Source: Mobula hypostoma
Lineage: Eukaryota
Direction of reading: 5' to 3'
Length of the DNA: 64,000 nucleotides
Assembly: GCF_963921235.1 (NCBI RefSeq)
Contig: NC_086097.1
Location: 96,660,001 to 96,724,000 of the forward strand
In this document: one piece after another, positions 39,636 to 52,156 of the stretch
Position numbering within the stretch: position 1 is the stretch's first letter
Layout: each line of letters opens with the position of its first letter
The notes under the pieces: generated by a model
What the model was told of the DNA's origin: nothing
What the model saw: the letters and a program-made list of their open reading frames with translations, nothing else
The model's database searches: none
Program-made: the position numbers and the translations under genes

Positions 39636-41451
39636 TAATGGACTGCCTTCATACAATTTTAAATGATTGCATCCTCCAAATCTTCAAATACATTATATTT
39701 AAGATGATTGTCAATACCTTCAAATTCTTCATAGGTCCTAACTTGTTGAAGTAGTGAAATCATTTCATTTTCACTTCCAGCTGTTTCTGGCATTTCCAAG
39801 TTTCAATGCTTGAAACCGCAGAGAACAAAACAGTTCTGAATTGTCTTACTGCTTATTTCTCACCAATTATCAATGACAAAAGTCACTGGTTTTTGAACAC
39901 CAGCACAGGCAACAATTTAAAAACTATTTGCTCTAAGCATGGTGCAGTGTCTAATGGGGCACACAAGTGCACACATCTGACACTAATTAGAAACTGTTCG
40001 GCAACAGTCTCTTGTCACAATTAAGCGGCATAATGTCCCAAATAAACAAAGGGAATCCCGATTATTTGCTAGATTAATTGACCGGAATCCACTGTACATC
40101 CATTTCTCAATAACTCTCCATGCCAAATTAACTTTGATAATGAATTCAAAATATTTTCCACAAATTAATTAGAATCAGCTTATAGGAAGAATTGCACATC
40201 CTTTATTAATAACTCTCAGTTTTTCAGTTGCAGATGTTTTAAACCTTGTACTTAAAAAAGTCAAGCTGTACTTCTTCCAGATAAACTGTGGTCTGCAACA
40301 TGGCTGACATATCTCACAGCTACTTTGCTTTAATCTCTAAAAGTTCTTCTCATTCTGCCAGCACATTGTGCGAACAGGACAGAGGATAAATTGGAGATGA
40401 ATGGCATTTTGATGAGGAAATGTTGGTTTTTAATTTATCATCTTTAGTAAATTAAGAACACCATGTTATATAGGTTGCACTTGGCTACCTTTTACAGACT
40501 ATGAAACCTCACTATTGTAAAGTTATGACCAGGTGATCTTCCAGAAGTGGGTTCTTGCTCTACTATACATAAAGTACGCAAACATGAATTATGAGATTGT
40601 AGGTAAACTGGATGCACCACATTAATACATAGATCAGTTGGATAGGGCTTCTATGCGCATACATTTGGAGGTATACTAGAGTACAAAAACATTGCTTTTC
40701 AAAAATGGAAAGAAGACCTGGGTTTAACATCTTATCTAACTTGTCAGTTAGCTATGTTCTAAACACTGGAGTGAAGTAAAGAAGCAACCTGCTGACTCAC
40801 TGGTACTAGACGGTCCTAAAGGAATTTTACTGGAGTATTGTTAGTTTATTAGAAGTCCGTGATTAGAATGGCCATGGGTTGCATTTTCAGACAATATCAT
40901 TAATCTGAGTAATACACTTATGACCAGAACATAATATTACCTTTGTGTAGGGAGGAGAAAAAGTCCACATTCTTGTCATGACTTGCAAACATTCCGATGG
41001 CTGAGGTGTAGTTTGCAACCGCTCTTAAATATCAGACCAAAACACCTCATCAAATCCATCACCAGACAGCTGTGACCAAATCCAGTGCTTACAATGCCCG
41101 CAGATACTTTCCTGTCAGAGTGACTGTATAGCATTTAGGACCAGAACCTGTGACTGATACCTCAGATCAAACAACAGGACCCAATGTCAAAATAACCAAG
41201 ATCAATTAGTTGAACACAAAGAATATCCCAAGTCTAAGCTCCAGTTACTTAAATAGAACTCTCCTGGGTGAAGAGTTCAATCATTAGGATGTCTAAAAGC
41301 CTGATGGCCACCATTTGTCCTTGCTTTGCTGTCTGATGTGAGAGGTACCAGTATGAAATACGTATTTGATACCAGAGATGCCTATGCCCAAATTGAACTG
41401 GAGTGTTGCAATGACACTATAAAACCCACAGATGTATTCAAAGCATCCTAC

Positions 41452-41598
41452 CTGTAACAAACTGTGTGTGCCCGTCTCCACAGAAGCTGATGAGACATTT
41501 GGTGTGTTGTTCTTGGTGTTTACAGGGGGTTGTCCTTCCAGCCAGGAAATCTTCAAGGGGTTACTTATTAAGCCAGTCTCATTCTTGAGGGCCAGCTC
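41452..41598 (-). CDS. DNAJC17: DNAJC17 coding exon (exon 10 equivalent): ELALKNETGLISNPLKISWLEGQPPVNTKNNTPNVSSASVETGTHSLLQ
   Basis: 147 nt; acceptor ttcattttgactAG, donor GTagga; NPLKISWLEGQP motif. The donor position is less certain because the 3' half of the exon is poorly conserved. Confidence 0.88.
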
Positions 41599-41629
41599 CT
41601 AGTCAAAATGAAGAGCGAGTCAAAGGCCA

Positions 41630-41900
41630 AAGTTCAAAGTAAATTTGTTATCAAATTATGTATACCATATACAACCTTGAAATTCATCTTCTTGCAGGAA
41701 TCCACAAAACAAAAGAAAGACAATAGAAACAACGAAAACCACATACAACAATCTTCCAACATGCAAAAGAGGACAAATTGTGCAAATAATAAAAAAGACA
41801 AATAATACAGAGTGTGAGTTGCAGAGTCCCCAAGTACAAGTCTACAGGCTGTGGAGTCAGTTCAGCGCTGAAGCAAGTGAAGCTGGTCCAGGAGTCATTT
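41630..41900 (-). repeat. Rex1-type tail/3' UTR repeat (related copies at ~31250-31460 and 44790-45150)
   Basis: ttcaaagtaaatttgttatcaaa...ccatatacaaccttgaaattcatcttcttgcagg shared among copies. Confidence 0.6.
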
Positions 41901-43583
41901 GGCACTGATAATCATAGTGAGTATCCTTATCATATTTGGTAAGAATCAAGTGTCTCCACTTTATACAGTGTTACGTCCTGATTGCCAATTCCTACTTCGT
42001 ATCACAAATCAACTGAACAAGTGAAGCACTGTCAGGTCTTCATTGTTCCATCTCCATTTTCCTCAGCAAGATGTCTTGCACAAAATTAGCAAGTCACCGT
42101 GGCTGATACCATAAATGAGGTAGACACATAACTCATTAAAATGACACACCCCAACATGCTTTTACAGAACAATGTATTCATTCATTTTACATAAAGTCAT
42201 CTATATTATGTAACACAACCAATATCGTCAATAGATTTTAAATGACAATAAGGGATTTGTCCCAATGCTCTGTTTGAGAGATGAGTCATACTGCCATGTG
42301 CTTATCAATCTAACCAGTTGTAGCTGATGCTTTTAACTGACAGCAATTCATAAGCGCAGCCAAGGTGAACATGGACCATACTATTTTCACCAGTCCACAG
42401 ACAGCTCACACATTACTTCACACTTAGGATGAGTTTGAAAAGCATTCCACCTTTGGGCCAGCAAATCTCATAGCATATAGGAGGAGGCTGGGTGTAACAC
42501 AGGGATGGCAAGAAATTTTCAGCTATTTTTTGGTTCTTTAATAGCCATTGTCAATGTCAAAATAAGTCAGACCTTAAAAGAACCTTTTACGACATTTAGA
42601 ACACAGTAGCTGCAAGGTGCCATGAATGTGATTGAAAACAGATGGTTGGGGAGGAGAGTGGAAATGGTCTACTGCACTGGTCTGATACCTGAGGAGCAGT
42701 GAGGTGGAAGATCTCCAAGGGGCCAGTTACTATGATATATTATCACATTAGTGGTGTTATTACCTTTATTAATGTTGCTGATGAAGAAAAATGGCAAAGG
42801 TCAAGGACAAAACATCGATGGCTCTGTGTGTCTGTACTTCATTCTGGACTTGCCGAAGGGTTGCAGCTTGCTTTACTGTGCAAAAATGCAGATGGTCTAT
42901 AAACACCCACTTTCTATTGGTTAATGCAGGAACGGCAATGAACACCTGATGATGTCATAATAGTGGCATCTGATGCCAGGCTAAAGGTGACATGCAAAGG
43001 TGAAAAGATGGCTAGAAACGTCAGGGTCAATTTCACAATGGATTCTAATCAGCCTTCAAACAATTTCTGGTGAAATCTAACACAAACAAAACCGTTTTTA
43101 AGAACGTACTCAATGGCTAGAGAAAAACACGCACAAATGCATCGAATTTCAAGGTAAGAATATCCTCATTATTTGGTGGAGTGTGTTTAAAAAACACAGT
43201 CCATGCAGGGCATGAAAACTCTACCTGGCAACTTGAACCCAGAAAATTCAGTCTCCTGTGTGCTTTTACATTCTGTGTGGCTTAATCCAGCTTGAAAACT
43301 TCTGTGCACTGGAGATCTGGAGTTATTATTGTGCTGGTAGGCGAAGAGTGGATCAGAACACCCTGACCTGTTAGTATGAGAAGCTTGGGACACACAGGAA
43401 TTGGTAGGAAAGGGGTTGGGAGCTTTTATCTTTTCTTCCAAACAGTTCTGCTGAAGCCTCTGGCGAGTGTTCAGGAGTGATAAGGTTACAGAAAACCCAC
43501 AGAAGTTACAACTCTTACAGAAAATATTAGAAAAGCAACTGTCAATCACTTTCAAAAGGAAAAATGAAGTGTGCAATACTCAC

Positions 43584-43664
43584 AGCGGTCCTGGTTGAGG
43601 AAAATTCCACTATAGCACTACCTTTCTTTTTACTGGATATGAGCAGGTTCAAAACTTCCCCATA
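43584..43664 (-). CDS. DNAJC17: DNAJC17 coding exon (exon 9 equivalent), RRM: YGEVLNLLISSKKKGSAIVEFSSTRTA
   Basis: 81 nt; acceptor cttcttcttacAG, donor GTgagt; phase 0 to 0; RNP1-like KGSAIVEF. Confidence 0.95.
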
Positions 43665-44012
43665 CTGTAAGAAGAAGCAGCTTCAGTATCTGTTAACAAG
43701 GTTAACTAACAAGGTTAACTTGAGCATAGAACATCAGCTTCTTCCACTTCAGGGATTTACAGTATTTAACCTTCACTACAAAATGCTAAGCCACTGGAGA
43801 AAGGATGCATGCTAACCAGCTGAGCGTCTTTATATAGCAGTTTCAATGCCCAACAGTATGACGGATTTGGATTGATGTTTTTAACTAAAGCATGCATGCT
43901 ATCATGTTAAATTTATGTTGATCTACATTTCTCTCTACTTTCTGCTGTCATTTATTTACCCTCCTCTGCACAACAGTTTCTCTTACAAAAACAAAAAAAC
44001 AGAACTTTAGGT

Positions 44013-44200
44013 AACACACACAAAATGCTGGTGGAACGCAGCAGGCCAGGCAGCATCTTATAGGAAGTAGTACAGTCGACGTTTCGGGCTGAGACCCTTC
44101 GTCAGGACTAACTGAGTGAAGAGATAGAAAGAGATTTGAAAGTGGGAGGGGGAGGGGGAGATCCGAAGTGATAGGAGAAGACAGGAGGGGGAGGTGGAGC
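44013..44200 (-). repeat. Penelope terminal repeat (young) containing an intact hammerhead
   Basis: aacacacacaaaatgctggtggaacgcagcaggccaggcagcatc...cagtcgacgtttcgggctgagacccttcgtcaggact; CpGs retained. Confidence 0.82.
44073..44110 (-). ncRNA. Minimal type-I hammerhead ribozyme, intact core, sense to DNAJC17 pre-mRNA
   Basis: Reverse complement reads UAGUC CUGACGA A GGG-UCUCAG-CCC GAAAC GUC^ GACUG. Confidence 0.78.
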
Positions 44201-45751
44201 TGGGGGAAGGGCAGTGTTGGGTAGTGTGAACTGTGTTGGTCAATTAACTTATCAGTTTTTGATCTGTTAAATTACTATCCTCATGCTCAGTATCTCTCTC
44301 TTTCATTCTCATCTTGAGTATGCAACCATTTCTCCCGAGACCGATAAACACCCCAAAATATTTACATCTTTTACAGAAACAAATGGTGGAAAAACTATGA
44401 TTTGCTAACAGGAAGCTGATAAACTTGGGTATATGAAATGATTATCCACATTTTTCACTTACAAGCAACTTCCAGATGAGAAGAGTCAAGCTACTTTGGG
44501 TTAGATTGATATACTTTGCATCTTACTCCCAATCTCCCTCTACCTCCCCTGCTTGCTTTTCAGCTTGTTGCCATCTTCCTCTCTTCCGTGATCAGTTCCT
44601 TAAGACGAGTAACAGCTGTTGTCTTATTTGACATGGGCAACTATAAATCTACAGGAACATACCGTACATTTCAGAGACGTGAATTGGCTTCTACTTGCGG
44701 GTAACTCCTACAATGTGATTTTACTCTGGTGCTCTCTTGTTTGAAGAGGAAGGAAAGGATCTTTGTCAGCAGGAAGCTGACAAAAACAAAGTTCTAAGTA
44801 CATTTATTGTCAAAAATTGTATAAAGTATGTATACTACATACTGTACAACATTGAGATTCGTCTCCTTAGTCAGCCACAAAACAAAGAAACCCAATAGGA
44901 CACATTAAAAAAAACAAAGAACAACATACCCTCAATGTGCAGAAAAAAAATTGTGCAAACAATAAAAGTAAGCAAATAACATTCAGAACTGAAGTTCACA
45001 AAAGTGAGTTCACAGCCACGAAGCCAGTCATCACTGCAGCCAATCCAGGAGCCCGCTAGTTCAACGCAGAGACAAGTAAACCTCACAGAGTAGTGAGCTG
45101 AATTGGTTGATCCCTCACCTCCACCCTGACACCCTAACCTTTACGATCTGGTGCGATGCGTAAAAACAATGAATCTGACAACTGCTGGACTATGCCAATA
45201 CAAGATTAAAAGAGTCTTAATTTTCCCCTTAAATCTGTTTCAAAACCTGCTTTGCTCAGTCAACAGGAATCTGTGCTATAATGCTGACCTAAAATGGCAG
45301 AACGGTCACTGACATGGATGAGGAATCCAGAAGTTATGATCTCAAATCTGGGCAAGTTGCAATATCCAATTGAATTAACTAATTGTCCACGATTTGGCAT
45401 CAAGAAAAATAGCACTTAGCATGCCACGTTATTCAAAAAGAAAGAAAAAATGATTAGTATTTTTTAATGCAGAAAAGACACCAGCTAAATCTACATCACA
45501 GTATCATTTAGAAAGGTAGGCTGATGGGGCTGAATGATGAGAATTTGTATGAGCAAGATTGGGGGGAAGGGGATGGAACAAGGGCTTAATAGTCTGTAGG
45601 TATTTTGTAACTGCAGATGAGTAATGTAATTTCAAAATAATCTCACTTCCCTAAGTATTTCCCATCATAACTGACACACTTGGATATATACCAATTGGTA
45701 GAAGCATGGGAAGTACTCTTCATTTGATGGCTCCACTGCAGAAGAACTTAC

Positions 45752-45829
45752 CTTTCGCAAGATTGATAGGAGAAATTCATGAGAATAACCACCATTTGAT
45801 TCATCGTCCTTGTTACACTTCCATCTGAG
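45752..45829 (-). CDS. DNAJC17: DNAJC17 coding exon (exon 8 equivalent), start of RRM: LRWKCNKDDESNGGYSHEFLLSILRK
   Basis: 78 nt; acceptor gcaatatatAG, donor GTaagt; phase 0 to 0. Matches [26 protein letters not shown]. Confidence 0.94.
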
Positions 45830-45841
45830 CTATATATTGCC

Positions 45842-46022
45842 AGGGAGGGTGGAAAGGGACGGGGGTTGGGGAAGGTGGGAGGGGGAAGGTGGGAGGGGGG
45901 AAGGGGAGGGGGGAAGAGGAAGAGGAAGGGGGGAGGAAGGGGGAGGAAGGGGGAGGAAGGGGGAAGAAGGGGGAAGAAGGGGGGAAGGGGGGAAGAAGGG
46001 GAAGAAGGGGGGAAGGTGTGGG
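45842..46022 (+). repeat. G/A-rich low-complexity tract (GGGGGAGGAA/GGGGGAAGAA units)
   Basis: About 180 nt almost entirely purine on +, with many G4-G6 runs. Confidence 0.9.
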
Positions 46023-46748
46023 CAAAGATAAAATATTTTCATGATTTCTAAGGAATTAAGGAAAAATGCTGACAACTTAAAAGGCAAACCAAAAGAAATT
46101 ATGAAAATAGTTAAAAACCAGAAATCAAAGGGAAAGCAATTAGTGAAATAAGTATACTTCATATCTTCTAAGGTGTAGGAGCCATGTACCTACTTTCTGT
46201 TTGTCTGCATTTTGCATTGAGTGTTTATTTTGGGTAATTAGTCACGTAGATTGATGCATGGTAGAAGTGAAGAGTATAGTTACGTATTCATGCTTTCTCT
46301 TTAGGTTAGTTTTTAGTCTGGTTAGTGGTTAAAGGCACCCAGAATGGCATTTTTATTGTCCACTGCTTTGCTTAGTTATGCTTCATTTATTGTTTAACTA
46401 AGTTTAAGAACGCTTAGCTTAAGTACATTTGAATACGCTTAGATTGTTTATTTCATTATATTGTTAGTTTTATCATTACAAGATAGATTGTCTTTGCTGG
46501 TTTCGCAATAAAGATCAAACGTACTTTCTTTGACTTTAGAACTTTATTATTGATGGAAAGTACGTCATACAGAGTCAACACCCCCGTGCTTAGCCTCTGA
46601 GAGGTTTTCAGTTGTTTTAAAGTAGCCGCTACAGTGGGGATTGCATTACGAGTTTCCCAAACCTTCCATAGCTCACAGTAACTCTGAACCTTGCAGGAAA
46701 TCAATTTCACAAGACATTAACAAAAGTCAGCATGAGAACTAGACTTAC

Positions 46749-46798
46749 TTTCAGCTTGGGGGTTGGTTTGTTTTTGGAGTCTGTTTGGACAGCAAAAC
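46749..46798 (-). CDS. DNAJC17: DNAJC17 coding exon (exon 7 equivalent): (G)FAVQTDSKNKPTPKLK
   Basis: 50 nt; acceptor ttcttttccttccAG, donor GTaagt; phase 1 to 0; ends in the conserved TPKLK. Confidence 0.9.
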
Positions 46799-47489
46799 CT
46801 GGAAGGAAAAGAAACCATATTACCAAATTTTCATTGACATAGGAAGCAGATTCATTAATACAGAATTTCACCATATCAAAAAAAATTTAAATAATTAATT
46901 TCAAATTGCTGCTGTAATTGTCATGTACAATGCCAAGTGAATATTGCTGCTACTTTCCCCTCACATTCATCTGTAACTTGCCCTTCTGTTCTTCCCTGAA
47001 ACTCTATTCACCTTCCACCCCAGAGTACTCTCCTTGGTTCTCCCATTAACCCCTCACCTCCTTTGTCTCCATATTGCTCTTCCCTGAAGTCCTCTTACCT
47101 TTGCCATTCCTCACCAATACTACATCCTATAAAGCATTCCACAACTATAATTTAATGCCAAGCATACATACATATACTCTCCTGTCCTTTATTCATTTCC
47201 TTATAACTTACAGTTCTTTTGACACTGTTTTCACTCCCTGGCCTGCAAATAAAGTCTCCAGAACTGGACGACATGCTAACATTTGGCCATATTAGTACCT
47301 ATTTGCAAGACTAGCCCTCCCCATAGAGTGCGATTTATAAAATAAAGCACCAGTCAACCCATCACAACACTTGTAAATGTTCAACAATTCCTCCATAAGT
47401 TGCTATTTACTCTGCATTTCCTTGCAAAACGTTAAATTTCACATGCCCACGAGCTTCCAATGAATCCAAGCATACCGCTGAATAAATTG

Positions 47490-48510
47490 TTAAATCGTCA
47501 TGTCACATGTACAGTGAAAAACTTTGCTATGCATGCTATCCATACTGATCATCTCATCTTATCAGTACACGGAGGTAGTGCAAAGTAAAACAATAGCAGA
47601 AGGCAGAAGGAAGTGTTACAGTTACAGAGAAATTGCAGTGCAGGCAGACAGACAGACAATAAGGCGCGACACTATATAACACGGTAGATTATGAAATCAA
47701 GAGTCCATCATGTTGTACTAGGGAATTGAGCAGTAGCTTTATGACAGTGCGATAAAAGCTGTCCTGTAGCCTGGTGGTACATGCCTTCAGCCTTTTGTGT
47801 CTTCTGCCTGATAGGAGGGAGAAGAGAGAATGCCTTGTGTGGGGAGGGTCTTTGATTTATGTTGGCTGCTTTACTGAGGCAGCGAGAAGTGGAGACAGTG
47901 TCTATGGAGAGGATGCTGGCTTCTGATGCGTAGAGCTGTATCCACAACTTTGCAGTTTCTTGGTGGTCTCAGGCACAGCATTTGTCATATCGAGCAGCAA
48001 TGTACCCAGATAGAATACTTCCTATGCTGCACTGATAAAAATTGGTGAGAGTCCAAGGGCACATGCCAATTTCTTTAGCCTGTAAAAGTTGGAATGTGCA
48101 CTCTCCCCATTCCTATTGAACAGTTCCTTTGTTTCGCTGCCATTGAGGGAAAGGTTGTTGTCATGACACCATGTCACAGGGCTCTCTATCTCTTTTCTGT
48201 ATTCTGACGTTGTTATTTAAGAGATGGTCACCTGAAAACTCGTGGATAAAGTTAAAGTAGAATATGGCTGCACAGCCACAAGTGCATAGGGAGTAAAGTA
48301 GTGGGCTGAAGTCGCAGCCTTGTGAGGCACCAATGCTGAGGATAGCCTTGGCAGAGGTGTTGCTGTCTACCTTTACTGATTGCTGTCTATTGGTCAGGAA
48401 GTCAAGGATCCAGTTGCAAAAGAAGGGGTTGAGTCCCAGGAGTTTGGAGATGAATTTACTTGGAATTATAGTATTGAAGCTGGAGTTGTAATCAATAAAC
48501 ATTCATCCAT
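47490..48510 (-). mobile_element. Rex1-type LINE RT and 3' end
   Basis: Peptide [59 protein letters not shown]. Confidence 0.85.
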
Positions 48511-48551
48511 GGCAGGTGTCTTTACCTACAATATCACAGGTGCAAACTTAC

Positions 48552-48648
48552 CTCGCAACCTCTGCTCTCTTTCCAGTATTATCTGTTCTTCGATGAGCCT
48601 CTGCTGCTTCAGTAAATTTCTGGAGCCCTCCTCCCTCAGCTTGGCAAT
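48552..48648 (-). CDS. DNAJC17: DNAJC17 coding exon (exon 6 equivalent): IAKLREEGSRNLLKQQRLIEEQIILEREQRLR(G)
   Basis: 97 nt; acceptor tcttcctacAG, donor GTaagt; phase 0 to 1; LREEGSR...QQRLI motif. Confidence 0.95.
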
Positions 48649-49364
48649 CTGTAGGAAGACAAGAGCCAAGCAAGTATTACATCTGAGGAATTAATCAATA
48701 CTATGAATGACAGTGAACAAGACAGAAGCAAAATTATAGCTAGCATGACAATCCAACAAAAACAACTATGACTCTTGCTTATATTAAACCATACGATTTA
48801 GTTGTTCGTGTTTCCAATTATCTACCTCTCTTCCTCTTTTGGCATCAATTTTTATGGGGAGCAGAGGTTACTTTGTCTACTGGCTCCTGATCAAAACACA
48901 GTTCCTTGTACATAAACATCAGCAGATATTTCAAACAAAGAAATATAATGGGGTCCATTCACCATTGACACGCTCCTTTCTGGTAGGGAGTCCATGGCGG
49001 CAGAAGCTGTGGCTGCTTCTAATTCTTCCAAGATCATACAATCTTTCAGAACTTGTGAATGAACAGAGGGGCTTTAGAGGGCGAAGAAATGTTGTGAAGG
49101 ATTAAACTTCCTCACTCAACTCTACAAAATTCAGTTAAATCCACCTGGAATTTTTCTTAATATTGCTTGGCCATCTGACCTGACCTGGCAAGAATGAACT
49201 TGCAAACCTTTGCTTTGAGCAAAGGATCAACCTCTCTAAATTGGGATCAGTAGTAACAGCACATCACGTAAAAATTCAACTGTGGTTGACCTCAAGGGTG
49301 ATAAGGCAGATTATTGCTTCAAACCAAGGACAGCAAAAATAAAACTATCTGTGTGAAAATGAGA

Positions 49365-50825
49365 GACATATGAGATTCTGCAGATACTGGAAATCTCAAA
49401 CAATACATACCCAGTGCTGGAGGAGCACAGCAGGTCAGGCAGTATCCATGGAGGGGAATAGTGGATGTTTCAGGCTGAGACCCTTCATCATTGTTGGAGA
49501 GGAAGGGGACAGAAGTGAGAATAAGTAGATGGGGGCAGTGGAGGAGTACAAGGTGGCAGGAGATTAGGTGAGGGGAGTGGAAAGCAGATGAAAGGGAATG
49601 ATATGAGAAGCTGGGAGGTGATAGGTGGAAGAGGTAAAGAACTGAAGCTGGTACAATCTGATAGGACTGTGGACCATGGGGAAAAGGGTAGGAGGTGCAG
49701 AACGAGAGGGAGGTGATGGGCAGGTCATGAGGGTGAAGGACTGAAAGGAAAGGGGTGAGTGAGCCACCAAAGATGGGGGGGGGGGAGAGAACAGAGGGGA
49801 TAATTACCAGAAGATAGAGAAATCGATGTTCATGCCATCAGGTTGGAGGACGCTACCCAGACAGAATATAACGTAGCAGAGGAATTCTGGACAGGTATGT
49901 TGGTGCAGAAATATGAAGTGGAATTGAAATGGGTGGCCACTGGGAGATCTTGGCTATTGTGGCAGACAACGTGAAAGTGCTTGATGAAACAGTCCCCAAA
50001 TTTGCGTCAGGTCTCACCGATGTAGAGTAGTCTGCACCGGGAGCACCAGATACAATAAATGACCCTAGCAGACTGTTTAGGGCCCTGAATGGTGGTAAGG
50101 GAGGTGGTGTAGGGGCAGCTGTAGCACCTGCCGCATTTGCAGTGATGTGCCAGTCGGGAGATCAGTGGGGACAAATGACCAGGTCACAGAGAAGGCAATC
50201 CCTGTGGAAAGTGGAGTTGGGGTGGGGGGGGGGAGGGGAACAGATGTGCCTTGTGATGGGCTCCCAATGGAGATGGCAGGAGTTGTGGAGAATAATGTTT
50301 TGGAAGTAGAGGCTGGTGGGGAGGTAGATGAGGATAAAGATCCTTGTTATGTTGGGGGCGGGAGGAGAGTATGGGAAATGGAGGAGAGTATGGGAAATGG
50401 AGGAGATACAGATGAAGGCAGCATCAACAGTGGAATGCTGACTTCTGAAATAAAGGACATCTCAGTACTTGGTCTACCTCTGACTCTTTTCACCCCTTGA
50501 CCTCTCTCGGTCTCCATCTCCAGAGACATAATACCTGACGACATTTTTTTGACAAACCCACTGAGTCTCTCAGTTATCTTGATGATACCTCTTCCCACTC
50601 TGTCACTTGCTATTCCCTTTTCTCAGGTCCTCTCCCTCTGCTGCATCTGTTCTCAGAATGAGAATTTCTATCCAATGATATCAAGATGTCCCTTTTTTCC
50701 AAAAAAAAAAGGATTTTCCTTCCAGTCTTGATAAAAGATATTGGCCTGAAATGTCTCCTGTTTATTCCCCTCCAGAGATGCTGCCTGATATGTTGAGCTC
50801 CTCCAACATTTTGAGTGTGTTGTGT
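49365..50825 (-). mobile_element. Penelope-like element 3' part with an inverted fragment and second terminal repeat
   Basis: Minus-strand terminal repeat and GIY-YIG region at ~49365-50445; plus-strand fragment and terminal repeat at ~50470-50825. Confidence 0.75.
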
Positions 50826-52075
50826 GAAAACAAGCATGGACAGTCCCACAGTCTATCCATGAGACAGAGTTAGCAGCCTAAAGAGGAATGAGTGTTCTAC
50901 CATGTACCCTTCTGGCACACCTTTCCTCTTTCCCCCTACATCTTTACTTGTTCCACAGCAGCTATCTTTTGCTATCTAATTTTTAGCTTTACCATTTCTG
51001 ACTTTAAGTTACTTGAAGGGATAAAAGCCTGGATTCAATTAGTTAGTTTCAAAACATGAACTAAGGACTGTTCCACTGAAAAACAATGGGCTGAATTTTG
51101 TCCATGACCATCAGTTCTGAAGGGTGGCGTCATTTGGACAGAAGTCAGTCAGAAATTTAATGATTGACAGATCTGCTGCGTCTGTTACCACACTGTCATT
51201 GGACTTCATGCTGTCTCTGTTCCAAATGTCAGAAACATTAAAAAATTATAATGAAGCCAGCAACAAAACATAGCCCCAAAGTGTCAACATTCTCTCCCTC
51301 CATCACACCTCTGCCCTGTGTGAAAGACTCCAGGGAAATCACAATTGCTGCTCTTGCTTCTGCAGGAAAGTGGCAAGGAGCAAATCAGTAGATTGAGTAC
51401 TCAATCCAGGCACATTACCTTCAAGGGAACCTGGCAGGGACAGAGATATTGTCCTTCAAACAATTCAGTATACTAAAACCTTATTAAGATGGATAAAATT
51501 AATCCCATGTCCCAATCTGAGGAGACCATCATTCACAGAATTCTGCTTAAAATTTACCACTTGACCTGCCACCAATATCAGGTTTGCAAAACAAAGTCAT
51601 TTTCTTCCTGTTGGGCTCCTTTGTGGAATCTTAATGTGTCTGAACTTCGTGCCAAACTGCTAACAGCAGACTTCAAAAACACTTCATGGCTGTACTCTAG
51701 GACCTTTAAGTGCTTTTTCATGTAAATGGACCACACAGGGTCATTTTCAAGCTGTGACTTGCGAGATGATTTCTGGTTGTTCACAACCTCCTTGATGCCT
51801 TGAAGGAACTAATTATGACGTATCCAAAATCATAATGATATAAAACTGGGTGGCAATGTTGGCTGTCAGGAGGATGCAGAGCGACTTCATTCATTTAGGC
51901 CTTTCCAGCCCTTCCAGCTGATTTAAAATTTTGTGATCTTACAAATTGGGCATTTCACTGCCCATTTGTGATATCACCAGAGAAGCAAGCCACACTAGAG
52001 CAAACTTAGTACGCCTTTCCATTTTGTTTTAACCAGTCATACAATGATCACTGCCCTCCTGCACACTTCTTAGAC

Positions 52076-52156
52076 TGGGGGTTCCCAGCCTGAGATTCAC
52101 AGACCCCCTCGGTTACTGGTAATGCTCAATGGAATAAAACAAGTTGTGAACCCCTG
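52076..52156. mobile_element. 81-bp hAT (Charlie-like) MITE
   Basis: Termini tgggggttccca/tgtgaacccctg; 8-bp flanks tcttagac/ttttagac. Confidence 0.65.

Larger units (their letters stand above)
38458..40094. mobile_element. Tigger/pogo-like non-autonomous DNA transposon (TA-flanked), containing a nested element
   Basis: TA-ccgtggactccagttaatt ... aattgaccggaatccactg-TA imperfect TIRs. Confidence 0.75.

Noticed and set aside
43187..43576. 129-aa minus-strand ORF just after exon 9
   Set aside because: Begins inside the intron after a canonical GTgagt donor; exons 9 and 10 already join in phase; no family similarity.
45810..46162. Gly/Arg/Glu- and Pro-rich ORFs on both strands
   Set aside because: Translations of the low-complexity G/A tract; the real exon is 45752-45829 on the minus strand.
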